A stretch of DNA of 64,000 nucleotides from Podarcis bocagei (Eukaryota). The notes beneath the pieces are model-generated. The model worked only from the letters and a program-made list of their open reading frames with translations, did not search any database and was not told the origin of the DNA. Position numbers and translations under genes: made by a program. Where the stretch lies: assembly GCA_964188305.1 (NCBI GenBank), contig OZ076890.1, one strand, 5' to 3'. Positions 27,301 to 38,225 of this stretch are shown piece by piece (within the stretch, counting starts at the first letter, position 1; the number at the start of each line of letters is the position of its first letter).

Positions 27301-29609
27301 TGAAAGGACATCTCTTGCAGTAAGTTCTGTTTGTTGGGGCTATGGATTTCAGGTAAGCGATTAGGAGGATTATCTACCCATCTTACCATTTTGTTCCTTG
27401 TTCTTCAGAGGCATTTATTTGCACATTTAAAACATTATACATCTGGATCCTGACACAAGCAATTTTTCTGAGGGGACATCTGAGATTGTTCTCAGTTTTT
27501 TTTAAAAAAAAACCCCACACACATTTTAATGTTTGTTGTTTATGTTTTCACTGAATTTCATTTTTTTTAAAAAAAATCACAAACTTCTTGAGTACCCCTT
27601 CCAAATAGCAGCATTAGAAAAAGATAGAAAGCTAAAAACTCGTCTCTGTACTTCGGATAATTGCATGGCAGTTTAGGCTTCTAAAGTGAATCTGCACCCA
27701 TTTCTCCTCCAAGGTCTAAATGCTTTTTACAATTTGTGTTCCAAGTGAGTATTGTAAATAATGCTTTGATATTTTAACAATGAAAACACAGGGAAAGTAA
27801 TTACTTAAGCCATTATGAAAGAAGTGCAGAGTGCATAATATATTGCCAAAAGTGAAAGGGGGGGAAAGCTTGGGGAAAATACAAATAAATTAACTACCAT
27901 GGCAACACATTTCTGGGGGGAAACACATTTTTTTAATTTCCAACTCTTAGATTATTTTTTCTACTCCCAAGTTCTTGTTCAAAATAACGAATCTGTTTCA
28001 CACTTGAAAATTTGTTTAACTTATCCATTGAAATTAATAGACATAACAGGGCCGGGTTTGATTTGGTCTCATGCAGGGAAATCCTATGCATATTTACTCA
28101 GATGTAAATTCCACTGTGTCCAATGGCTCTCAGTCCTTAGTCTGTGTGTTTAAGACTGCTGTCATAATCAGTGCTATTTTTCAAGAAAAAGAGGTGCTGA
28201 AACTCACAATGAACGCCTCCCTTGTTCCAGCATTGAAGTAAGATTTATCCACCACCAGCCTCCTTAGTTTCTGTGCATCAAATGGGCAGGGGAAGAATCC
28301 TGTTCACCTCAGAAAGTGAAATATCTTAGGTCAACCATGAACTCTGTCCATTATTTTTCTACTATATTTTCACTTCTGCTATATCTGTCTAGGCAGTGTT
28401 TTCCATAGAAGCACTAAGGTATGGATGTAACAATGCCTTATCACACTAGAAATGTCAAATCGACTTCCGGGTTAGCGCCTCCGGCAATGGCGGATTTCCT
28501 CTGATTGGGAGGAATCCGCTCCGTGGAATTTAGGGTCTGAACCGCCACGGTGAGGCGGAGACCCATTAAAAACCACAGGCGGGAGAAGCCTGTGGATGTG
28601 GGATTCAGCTGGCACCTTTTGCGCCTCCCCTACTCGCGGGGAAACCCGGTTTTGGGGATCCGGAGCGATGTGGGGTGAGCGGCACGGTGCTTCGAATCGA
28701 CTGCTTCTTTCACGGAGTGAAGCCACATTGCTGTTGCCGGAGAGCGCTGACTTTTTCCTGTGGACAATTGGACTCTAAACAACTACCCGTGAGTAGAACG
28801 GAAAATTGGATCTCTAAACCAGTGTTTCCCAACCGGTGTTCCGCGCCACACTAGTGTGCCGCGAGACGTTGCCTGGTGTGCCGTGGGAGGGAGGCGGGCG
28901 AGTCGGGCGGCGAGAGGCGGGGCGGCGGCGGCGAGGAGAGGCCGCCCAGCGCGGGGCTCTCGCCATCTGCCTGCCTGGCTGCCTGCCTGACGCGCAAACC
29001 CCCGGCGCAGGCGCCCCGCTTGTTGACACGGGAGGGGAGGGGGGAGAGGAAACGCTGCTGGTGCCGCTGCTCCTCAGCGGCGGCTCCTCCTCTCAGCCCG
29101 CCCTGCCTATATTTGCGCCAATCCCCGCCCACTAAAGCATTCGCGCCTCCCTATGGGAAGCCTTGCTGGGCGGCGGGCGCTGCTGCCTGAGAGTTCTGAA
29201 GCCACGCCCACTTTCCCAGAGACTGGCGGTTCTGAGGGATCCAGGGCAGGGCTGCCCGGGCGCTTGCTCTAATCCCGCCTTCCCTGGGAGGGAGGGACGG
29301 CGGTGGCCGCGAGCGTCCGGGGTGGGGCGCGCGCTGGCTCTCCCTGGCGGCCCCCCGTGCCTGGCGTTCTATCAGTGCGCCTCCTCTCTCTTGCCCCACC
29401 CATCCTCCACGTGCTGCGCTCTAACCCGGAGTTAGAAGCGAATTAGAACACGCCCCCCCGTGTGTGGTGTGGTTTTTTTGCTGCTCCTCTTTTTTTAAGG
29501 GCTTTTTGGCGGCTTTTGGGATGGCGTCGAGGGGTGGCGCCCACGCTCCTTGCGCGCCCGCCCCGGAGGCTCGCCCGCGCGGTAGTGCTAGAGGAGGAGA
29601 GAGGTGGGC

Positions 29610-29705
29610 ATGGCGGCTGTTTTGGAGCTGTTGCTGCAGGACGAAGTGGCAGCCAGCGCTGTCGTGCGGTGGCTGAAGGCGAGCCAGAGCCCCTGCGCCG
29701 TGGAG
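29610..29705 (+). pseudogene. CDAN1: transposon-captured copy of CDAN1 (codanin-1) exon 1
   Basis: GGCATGG Kozak; encodes MAAVLELLLQDEVAASAVVRWLKASQSPCAVE then GTAAAA donor. Compare the human codanin-1 N-terminus [30 protein letters not shown] (recalled). Too short to appear in the ORF track. Confidence 0.85.
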
Positions 29706-30339
29706 GTAAAACGCGCAGCGCCGCCCTTGCTTCACCCAGCCCTCGGTTCGAGTGGGAAGTTTCCGGGAAAACGGAGTTGATGCCGGCCTTCAAAACTCTG
29801 CACTCCAAAAGGGAGGCGGGAGGGGGAAAAAACAGGTCGACCACTTGAGGTTTCCTCCTCTGGCGGGATGCTAAGTGGGAAGCTGCAGCCTTCAGGCCTG
29901 CGCTATGTGAACTCCTGAAGGGCTCTTGCGGTAGCTTTTCGGGAGCCCAGGTGTATATATGTGCCCCCCTGAGGGAGCCCTTCACTGAACCTGAGAACCC
30001 TGCTGTGGAGTTGGTGGGACTGAGTTGCTGTGTGCCCTTACGAATCCTTCCCAAATGCAGCTTTAATGATTCAGAAACAAGACCTACAGAATTCGTTGGA
30101 AGTTGCAAATAACCGTGCACAGGATTTCAGTCGTAGTCGAAATCACATTGACGCCTCTCTTCTGCACATGTGTGAACGACTATAATTTTCAAAGCGGTCT
30201 AGATGCACTAAATATCGTGGAGGGGGGACTGGTACACAGGAGATCAGGCATCGAAAAGTTTTAGTCTTTGGTCTACCTGAAGCACGGTGTTGGGTAACGT
30301 GCCCCACATAGGCACACGCGGGGCGGCGAGCGAGCTCCC

Positions 30340-30512
30340 TCCCACATCCCATCGCCGCTCGCTTCGGCCGGCCTACTGGGCTGTCGCAGGCGGAAGGCCT
30401 GCGCATGCGCAAGGTTTTCGCGCCTTCGGGATTCCCTTCACGCCTTCCTCCTCCCGGGTCCTTGAGAGCGCGGGAAGCGGCAGCGCGAGACCGGCGTTGA
30501 GCCTGGTAGGTA
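30340..30512 (+). promoter_or_regulatory. captured housekeeping-type promoter and non-coding first exon
   Basis: ETS-like GCGGAAG, perfect NRF1 palindrome TGCGCATGCGCA (30400-30411), CpG-rich leader ending at CTG|GTAGGT (30506). Confidence 0.55.
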
Positions 30513-31494
30513 TTGCGCTTGCCAAGGCAGTCATTTGGGAAATGAAAACTTGCAAAGCAAGCAACCAGTTCAATCTGAAGTACGTGTATGCTTAATATCC
30601 TGTATCTGAAACCTGTTCTGCCCCCTCCCCCACACTTGGTGCCATTTTCATCTACACATGCAGCAGAGTAAGTTGACCCAGAATAGTACCAATTCAGATG
30701 GCAGATGGGAGAATGACAGTGCTGAATGCTTTCCCATGTAGAACAGTCCCTGCAAATAAAAACCTAGCATATTTGGAAGAGGGATGCTAGCCTAACCATT
30801 ACCTTCTATGCTGTTACTATTTTTTTATTTTTTTTTACATAAGCAAAAAGTGACCTTTCCCCATCTGGCATGGTGGTGTGCCTCGAGATTTTTTTCATGA
30901 AACAAGTGTGCCTTTGCCCAAAAAAGGTTGGGAAACACTGCTCTAAACATCTTAATTTGGCATCGAAACGGGAAGGTTTCAAACAGGAAGTCCGCCTTCC
31001 TCTTTTGTAAATAGATTGAAGCAAAGACATTGCAAGCTAAAGCCTGGAAAGTCTTTTGTAAAGGACTAAATCTTCATCGGTTAAAATTACTAAACCCCCC
31101 TTGGAAGCAGGAGAAGAGGGGGGAAATTTTAGATAGTTTAAGCCTGCAGGAGAGAGAGTGAAGAAACATAAATTACCACCGTTTCGAACCTGGGAACGGG
31201 CTGCCAGTAAGATTGACGTTTTGGGAAAGTTCATTGACTGTGAATAAAATGTATGTTGACAGATAGTTAAATAAGAGAAATATATTGTTTCCATTGTTTC
31301 CTTTTGCACTTAAAAAGGAGCAAAAAGTAACTGAAAATAACTTTGTTGCTGGATCTGCGCTTAAACGGATGAATACAAATAGAAATTGTTTCCCCTAGAG
31401 GGAGCCTTTGAAACTGTTGCAGGAGTGGAGCTGGGGAATTTTCCAGCTGCAGAGATTAAAGACCGTGAGAATCAGAAATTGACCTTGGACAAGA

Positions 31495-32157
31495 ATGTTG
31501 ACAGAAGAAGCCTTAGTGATTGCATTTTGTAAGACAAGTGCTTTACTGGAACAGCTTCATGAGAAGACGGATGTGATGATTATTAAAATTGACAATTTGG
31601 GACAAAAAATGACTGATTTGGGACAAAAAGTGAATACCTATACAGAAACTACTCAGGAATTGATTCAGGAATCTGTTTTGATTGTGGAGAAGACGAAGGA
31701 GAAAGTTGTTGTTGAACCTCAAGTAATTCAAGTGAAGAGAGCCCCGGCCTCACAGAGGCAATTTGATGAACATAAGCTGTTGCCTTTTACGATCAAATCT
31801 AGAGAAAGTCAGATTTGGTGGGATGGAGCCCCGCTTGGATTGGAGAAGGAAAGTTGGATAGATCCCTTTATGCAGGGATGTTTTGGCCTTTGGGATCTGG
31901 ATTTGGGTCAGGGGGAGATTGGCGCTCTGAAATACCTTTTGGACTTTAGTTCTGACTATGGAGAATGGGCTGACCTGTCGAGAAGGAATAAAGACATTGT
32001 TAGGTTGGAGCTTCCCCGAGATCTACTCCTCAGTGCCAAAGGAAGGAAATTAAGATCAGCAGAAGATAAAGTAAAGTGCATGTATAAATATGAAGAAGAT
32101 CTGCAGAAGGGACATGGAAAAGAGTTAAGAGCCTCGGACAGAAGGGCACCAGGTTGA
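31495..32157 (+). CDS. 220-aa ORF1-like protein of the L1-derived element
   Basis: Open 220 codons; N-terminal heptad/coiled-coil pattern (LEQLHEKTDVMIIKIDNLGQKMTDLGQKVNTYTETTQELIQE); lies in the ORF1 position after the 5' UTR. Confidence 0.55.
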   Translation: MLTEEALVIAFCKTSALLEQLHEKTDVMIIKIDNLGQKMTDLGQKVNTYTETTQELIQESVLIVEKTKEKVVVEPQVIQVKRAPASQRQFDEHKLLPFTIKSRESQIWWDGAPLGLEKESWIDPFMQGCFGLWDLDLGQGEIGALKYLLDFSSDYGEWADLSRRNKDIVRLELPRDLLLSAKGRKLRSAEDKVKCMYKYEEDLQKGHGKELRASDRRAPG

Positions 32158-32762
32158 TGGACCATATAGAATTGATAGAAAGGACTGACAGAATCCGAGA
32201 CCAGGGAGAAGAGACGGTGGAAGAAGATTGGAAAAAAAGTTTTTTAAAAAAATTATTTAGAGAAATGTTGCAAAATTAATGAGTGTTAGAAAAATGTTGG
32301 AATGAAATTATATGGCTTTAGTAGAAATGTTATAAGGAGTTAAGTATAAATAAGTTTTAGGGTTTTAATGGTAAGATAAGGTTAAAATAAATTAAGATAA
32401 TTAAATGACAGAAAACATTGAAAGATGGAAAGGATTTGCTGAAATAATTAATAACTAGAACACAAAAAGGGAGGTGTGAGGAGGTCGATGAAACAAGTTA
32501 ATGAAAGATAAAGATATGGAAATATTGGATGTGTTTTTAACTGTTTTTGATTTTGTTTTTGTTTTGATGTATTGTGTCTTTTGCTTTTTTATATGTACTG
32601 TAATGTATTGATTTGTATTGTTTATTTTTTCTCTTTTTCTTATTTCTTTCTTTAATTCTTAAACTTTTAATAAATATTATTTTTTAAAAAATAGAAATGT
32701 CAAATCAGTGTACAAAAAAGGGCTATGAAATTAATGAAATTCAGGTTTGTGCATTTATAAGG

Positions 32763-32808
<46 letters not shown>
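32763..32808. repeat. (AAT)n microsatellite at the tail of a SINE/LINE remnant
   Basis: Direct reading. Confidence 0.9.
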
Positions 32809-32809
<1 letters not shown>

Positions 32810-33561
32810 TAATTTATATTCCTCCCTCCCCAGCCAAAGCCGGGCTCAGAGCGGCTAACAGCAGTAAAATAATACAGCATTCTAAAATCAATTCATTATA
32901 AATGAATAGGATGTAATCCTATTTACAGTTTTCACATTGCTGTGCTATTTTCCAAATAAGAAAATTATTTCTTTACAATTCTATTTATATTTAAGTATTT
33001 CTAGTTATAAGGAAGGGGTGGGAAACTGACTCTTCAGAAGTTTGACTGTAACTCCCATCATCCCTATGTTGGCTGGGACAGATGGGACTTTGAGTCCGGC
33101 AGATCTGGAAGGTCGTAGGTGCCTGATTCCTGTGATAAATTAGGCTAGATTCTCACACTGAAATGAGGTGTCATCACAGCATGAAAACAGCGGAATCATC
33201 TGGGATCTAATAACAAGAAGGCAGTGTTAAATAAAAGTTAGATTTATTTAGCATCACCACACGAAGTCTGTGGTATCAAAAAGAATAATAAAATAGCATT
33301 CTAATTAAGACATTGATTTAGCTTAGCTATCAAGTATAGAGAGAACCTTTCAAGTAGAGAGAGAAGTCTCATAAGGAGCAAAGACTTTTTTCTTTTCCTT
33401 AGCTGGCAAGATGCAAAATGTATTGTTTTATGTATATATGCCTCATCTTTGCCAGCAGAGGAAAAGAAAATAGCTTTTGCTCATTAAAATGATCAGCTGA
33501 TCAGTCAAGCAGACAAACAAGCCCATTAGAGAAAACGATAGACAAGTTCAATGGTGTAGAC

Positions 33562-33696
33562 CAGAGTTTCCCAAACTTGGGTCTCCAGCTGTTTTGGACT
33601 ACAATTCCCATCTTCCCTGACCATTAGTTCTGCTAGCTAGCGATGATGGGAGTTGTAGTCGAACAGCAGTTGGAGACTGAAGTTTGGGGAACCCTG
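33562..33696. mobile_element. palindromic hAT MITE
   Basis: Exact 8-bp TSD GTGTAGAC (33554-33561 / 33697-33704); hairpin body. Confidence 0.9.
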
Positions 33697-35302
33697 GTGT
33701 AGACGAAGAACGTGACACCACTTTTGTGAAGAAGAAAGCTTTAGAAGTGGTCATAAACTACTTATAGTTTAATTTCCATTCTACAAGTCGGTCAGCTGAT
33801 GGGTATGAGCTTAATGGGAGTCCAACATTCCCCATGTTCAATTCAGCATGGCATAGGACCACAGCAGTCAGTCAAGAGAACGTGGACTGGTACTTCAAGG
33901 ATATTAAATGGGATTGGCTCAGATGTGGTGAATCTTTGGGCCAGCCCATTAGAAGCTTCCTTACAGAGTATCAGATCTTTGGCCCATCTAGTCCAGTACA
34001 GTGTACAATGAGAGGCAGCAGCTCTTAAAAGTCTAAGGCCAAGGACTCTAGACCTGCTGCCTGAAAATGTTTAACTGGATATGCCAGAGAGATAACCTCA
34101 GACCTTATACATAGAAAGGATGAGCTCCATTGCCGAACAATGTTTTGTTGTTCAGAATTATCCACTCACAGTCTAGTTAAAGTCCTCCTAGATCTAGAAG
34201 CCTCAAAGCTCTGCTCAGGGGAGATTCTCAGTGTGTATGGTCAGCTCTATCATTAGGCAGTGAGGCAGCTGCCTCAGGCAGAAATTACTTGGAGTTGTGA
34301 AGCAATGAGAAAGTGCTGAAGGACAGAGCTCTGAGGACCATGCAATCTGCTCTGTATCCGCTAAGTCAGCCTGCTGGCTTTTGCGAAAGATACTGTCCCA
34401 TTGCCGGTGTTGTCTTTTGCCTCAGGCAACTAAATAATTGGGCCAGCCCTGCAAATATAGGTCCAGAAAATAGGGAGAATTCTGCCCTCCACCGAGACAA
34501 GCCAATGAGGACTCTAACTGCATACATAGTCTACTGTTTTGCTGTCCAAGTAAGATAAAAGGCATGGGAACCTTCCAAGGATTTTTCCTGCCCACGCCAA
34601 GTGACTTCTAATTTAAAAACTGAAAGGTTGGGTTAAGAGGTGTGTGATTGATTTTGTTTTCATAAAGGAAGCTTTGGACTTCAGATATTTTGGAAGCCCT
34701 TTCTGAGTATTATTGACTTTTCTGAAGTTACTGATATTGTTAGAGCCAAATGCAGTGTATTTCAGACTTCACCATTCTCCTCTTAAGAAGTAATCAGAAT
34801 GCAAAGCTTAATGCACAATAACTAGGCTGCACTATTGAGCAGTGTGGCTCAACTCTAATTTTTCCTTCATACGTCATAAAGGCACAGAAGATGGATGACT
34901 CTGACTAAAACCCACAGGATTCTCCCAGAGATCAGTAGAGCTAATAATGAGTAGAGATGCACAACAGGGAAATAATTCAGCATAAGATTTCTTGAATGAT
35001 AAAAGGGAATGACAAAAATCAAGCAGTCTAATTAACATAGAGAATGCATTTAAAATACCTTTTTAAATTATTGAGTATTTTCAATAAATCAGGCTAATTT
35101 TTTTAAAAAAGGCTCTGCAACATCTATCATCATCACTAGTTGCTGATTCAATATCTCCAAGTAAGAAATGACCACAAGCTACTGTAATAATGATCAGCAA
35201 TCCAAATATTTGTATAATGCCTATAAGAACATAAAGAGAAATTAACATTTTAAGCACATCAAGAATTTTAATGATGTACCACTAATACTGTTTTGTATAA
35301 TA

Positions 35303-35519
35303 CAGTGGTACCTCAGGTTACAGACGCTTCAGGTTACATACGCTTCAGGTTACAGACCCCGCTAACCCAGAAATAGTACCTCGGGTTAAGAACTTTGCTT
35401 CAGGATGAGAACAGAAATCGTGCGGTGGCAGCAGCGGGAGGCCCCATTAGCTAAAGTAGTGTTTCGGGTTAAGAACGGACCTCCGGAATGAATTAAGTAT
35501 GTAACCAGAGGTACCACTG
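35303..35519. mobile_element. pogo/Tigger-like MITE
   Basis: TA|CAGTGGTACCTC...GAGGTACCACTG|TA. Confidence 0.9.
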
Positions 35520-36499
35520 TATTGACCTGCCAACCTCAAGTGTGCAGTGCTGATTGTTGAAATGAGCTGAATAAAAGTTTGTGAGAACAATGCAAACCAG
35601 ATGGCCTGGCTTTGGATTTGAGATATGGGAAGGCGAGTGGGCTGATGATTCAGGAGGCAGCATGCTTTCTTCTGAGTCAGGGTAAGAGCAAGACTCCAGG
35701 CCAACATGGAGGGGATTATGCTTTTGAAAGTGCCACTTCTTTCCTTATTTGACAAGTGAAAAGCAGGTCCTTGGAGAAAAACAATATGCTAAAGTGTTCA
35801 GATTCTATTTTCCGACTGGTCCAGCCCCTCCCCCCCTAACACTACCATTTATCCAAGTAAAGCTTATTTACAATGGAAACCAGACAGAAGCATATCGGTT
35901 CAAATATACCTCATACAAGAGTACTTGAATGAATATTATTTATATTCCACCGTTCCTCCAAAGGCACCCAAGGCAACCAGCATGTCAATACTAAAACAAT
36001 ACAATGGAGACTTCTCAAAGAGTTTGGAAAAGAAATATAGCTCAGTCTTCAAGAGGCACGCTATTAGGATATAGCAGCAGCAGCAGCATGTTATTTATGG
36101 AGCTTTTGTAACACAGCAGTGGAAATACTGTGAGTTCCCAAATGAATCTACCTATATAGGTTCACATTGTCATCCAATTCACTATACTCCATATAAACTA
36201 AGGATGGGTTCAGCCAATTGTAAATAGTTCTGTGAGAATGCTGCACCCACCCACACCCAGGGCTGTTCTGCATGGACCACCACCACTTAAAATGACAACA
36301 CACATTTTATAACAGACTCATGGCCCTCTTTGCTTGATCTTCTTGTGAATTTCCTTACATCCATTGATTGCCTCCTCTTTCCCTGTGCTCCTGACGCTCT
36401 TTAACAGTTCAGCACTTTAAACAGACAGATGAGACCTGCATCAGAATGTTGTAGCATAGAGGACTTCCTTTTCTGTGTGCCAGGCAGACAGACAACCAT

Positions 36500-36667
36500 G
36501 CCCAGTGGCAGAGCCTCTGTTTTGCGTGTAGAAGGTACAAGGTTCAATCCCTGGAATCTCCAGATCAGGCTGGGAATGTCTCCTGCCTGAATCCCTGGAG
36601 GGCCCCTGCAGGTCAGTGTAGATGGACCATTGGTCTGACATGATCTGAGGCACCTTCCTATGTCCTG
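36500..36667 (+). mobile_element. tRNA-derived SINE (Squam2-like)
   Basis: A/B-box-like GTGGCAGAGC...GGTTCAATCCC and tail CTTCCTATGT. Related copies at ~51695-51878 (+) and ~13655-13820 (-). Confidence 0.65.
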
Positions 36668-37010
36668 GCATTCCATTGCCTCACCCCAACCCCTTTTTCA
36701 TTCTACGCCTGTCAACGGACATTTAGCATTCTGTGACCACTGATCATGCTCAGTCCTCTTGAGATGTTTTGGGACACATCCCCTTAGTCCCCTCCCAATT
36801 TTTTCCCCCTTTTATACTTCTGCTGATTTGTCCTACTTTAGTTACAGTCTTGGCAGCGCTCACCACCTGAGTTCACTATTAGAAGGAATGCTTGTAGTAC
36901 AAAACATCTGAAGGCCAAAGATTGGAGAAACCATAAAATCATCATCATCAATTTCTGGTATCCTGCTCATCTGATCACGTTGCCCCAACCACTCTGGGTG
37001 GCTTCCAACA

Positions 37011-37288
37011 AAGAAGAAGAAGAGGAGGAGGAGGAGGAGGAGGAGGAGGAGGAGGAGTTTGGATTTGATATCCCGCTTTATCACTACCCAAAGGAGTCTC
37101 GAAGCGGCTAACATTCTCCTTTCCCTTCCTCCCCCACAACAAACACTGTGAGGTGAGTGGGGCTGAGAGACTTCAGAGAAGTGTGACTAGCCCAAGGTCA
37201 CCCAGCAGCTGCATGTGGAGGAGCGGAGACGCGAACCCGGTTCACCAGATTACGAGTCTACCGCTCTTAACCACTACACCACACTGGC
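37011..37288 (-). mobile_element. young tRNA-derived SINE (Squam3-like) with (CTC)n(CTT)n tail
   Basis: Minus strand GCCAGTGTGGTGTAGTGGTTAAGAGC (A box)...GGGTTCGCGTCTC (B box)...GATATCAAATCCAAAC(TCC)n; CpGs intact. Confidence 0.85.
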
Positions 37289-37844
37289 TTTCGAATCAAG
37301 ACACGGCAAGGCGAGTGGGCTGATGATTCAGGAGTATAAACATCCCACATCCAACAAAGTATTAACATCAAAACATCAAACATTGAAAGCTTCCTGAAAC
37401 AGCCTTCAGGTATCTGCAAAATGTCATAGATGTTTAAAATTCTTGGAAAACAGCAGTGAAGATCTGGCACAGCCATCCATCGGAAATTGTGTGACTCCAG
37501 TAGTTAACACAGCTGCCTGCAACTTAGAAGGAAGAAATACCAGTAATTAATACATTTACCAGAGTCACCAAGTTATCAGTTTTGGAATCCTGCTAGAGTT
37601 TTGCTCAGAACTCTCATAAACAGGGTGTGCAGGGAACTCCAGACTTGGCCTCCTGCTTCACCACCACCCTTTTCCTCAGTCGTCTCAGAAGCCTTGGTGG
37701 TCAGGATGGGGAATAAATTCAATTCAGCATGCATTTAGCAGTGAACATACCTAATTTTCCCTTTCCAAAACAAGACACAGATGGAAACACAGCCATCCTT
37801 TGAAATTCACCGAATTTCACAATGCGATTCTGCAGTCTAGATTA

Positions 37845-38225
37845 TAAGAACATAAGAAGAGTCTGCTGGGCCTAAGTAGACCAATGTCCTGTTCTCACAA
37901 GGCCAGCCAGATGCCTTTGGGAAGCCTGCAAGCTGGACATGAGCACAAGATCACTCTGTCCTCCTGTGGCTTCCAGCAACTGGCATCCAGAAGCTACGGG
38001 TAGCCTGATGGTCCATGAATTTACCAAACCCTCTTTTAGAGCCGTCTGAGTTGGTGGCCATTGCTGCCTCTTGTGAGGTACTTTCTTTTATCTGTCCCAA
38101 ATCTTCCAGCATTCAGCTTCATTGATTGTCCCTGAGTTCTAGTGTTATTTTTTTTTGGGGGGGGGCTCTTTTCTGTCCACTTTCTGCATGCCATGCAAGT
38201 AACGTGCATAAAAATGCATGAACTG
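37845..38225 (-). mobile_element. decayed CR1 LINE 3' end
   Basis: ATAAGAACATAAGAA tail; reverse-frame remnant TRTQGQSMKLNAGRFGTDKRKY resembles the CR1 ORF2 C-terminus (TRGH..KL...RF..D.RK). Confidence 0.7.

Larger units (their letters stand above)
28820..30940. mobile_element. non-autonomous hAT (Charlie-type) element carrying captured host gene fragments (Pack-type)
   Basis: Perfect 15-bp TIRs CAGTGTTTCCCAACC / GGTTGGGAAACACTG; exact 8-bp TSD CTCTAAAC (28812-28819 / 30941-30948); GTGTGCC subterminal repeats; no transposase ORF. Confidence 0.93.
28462..32691 (+). mobile_element. full-length non-autonomous L1 derivative (ORF1-only, HAL1-like), interrupted by a hAT element
   Basis: 15-bp TSD TAGAAATGTCAAATC (28447-28461 / 32692-32706). 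5' GACTTCCGG start with CpG-rich UTR and AATGGCGG (YY1-like) motif. One 220-aa ORF. L1 ORF2 tail remnant homologous to 9830-9950. AATAAA and A tail. Confidence 0.85.

Noticed and set aside
29443-30120. 225-aa minus-strand ORF in the hAT interior
   Set aside because: Appears to cross cargo junctions, antisense to the CDAN1 fragment, no transposase or other motifs.
29705-31495. In-frame CDAN1 exon 1 / ORF1 fusion by splicing
   Set aside because: The nearest acceptors (~31447, ~31453) hit a TGA just before the ORF start, so no fusion frame.
37230-37288. tRNA gene
   Set aside because: The A and B boxes belong to a SINE head that continues into SINE body and tail.
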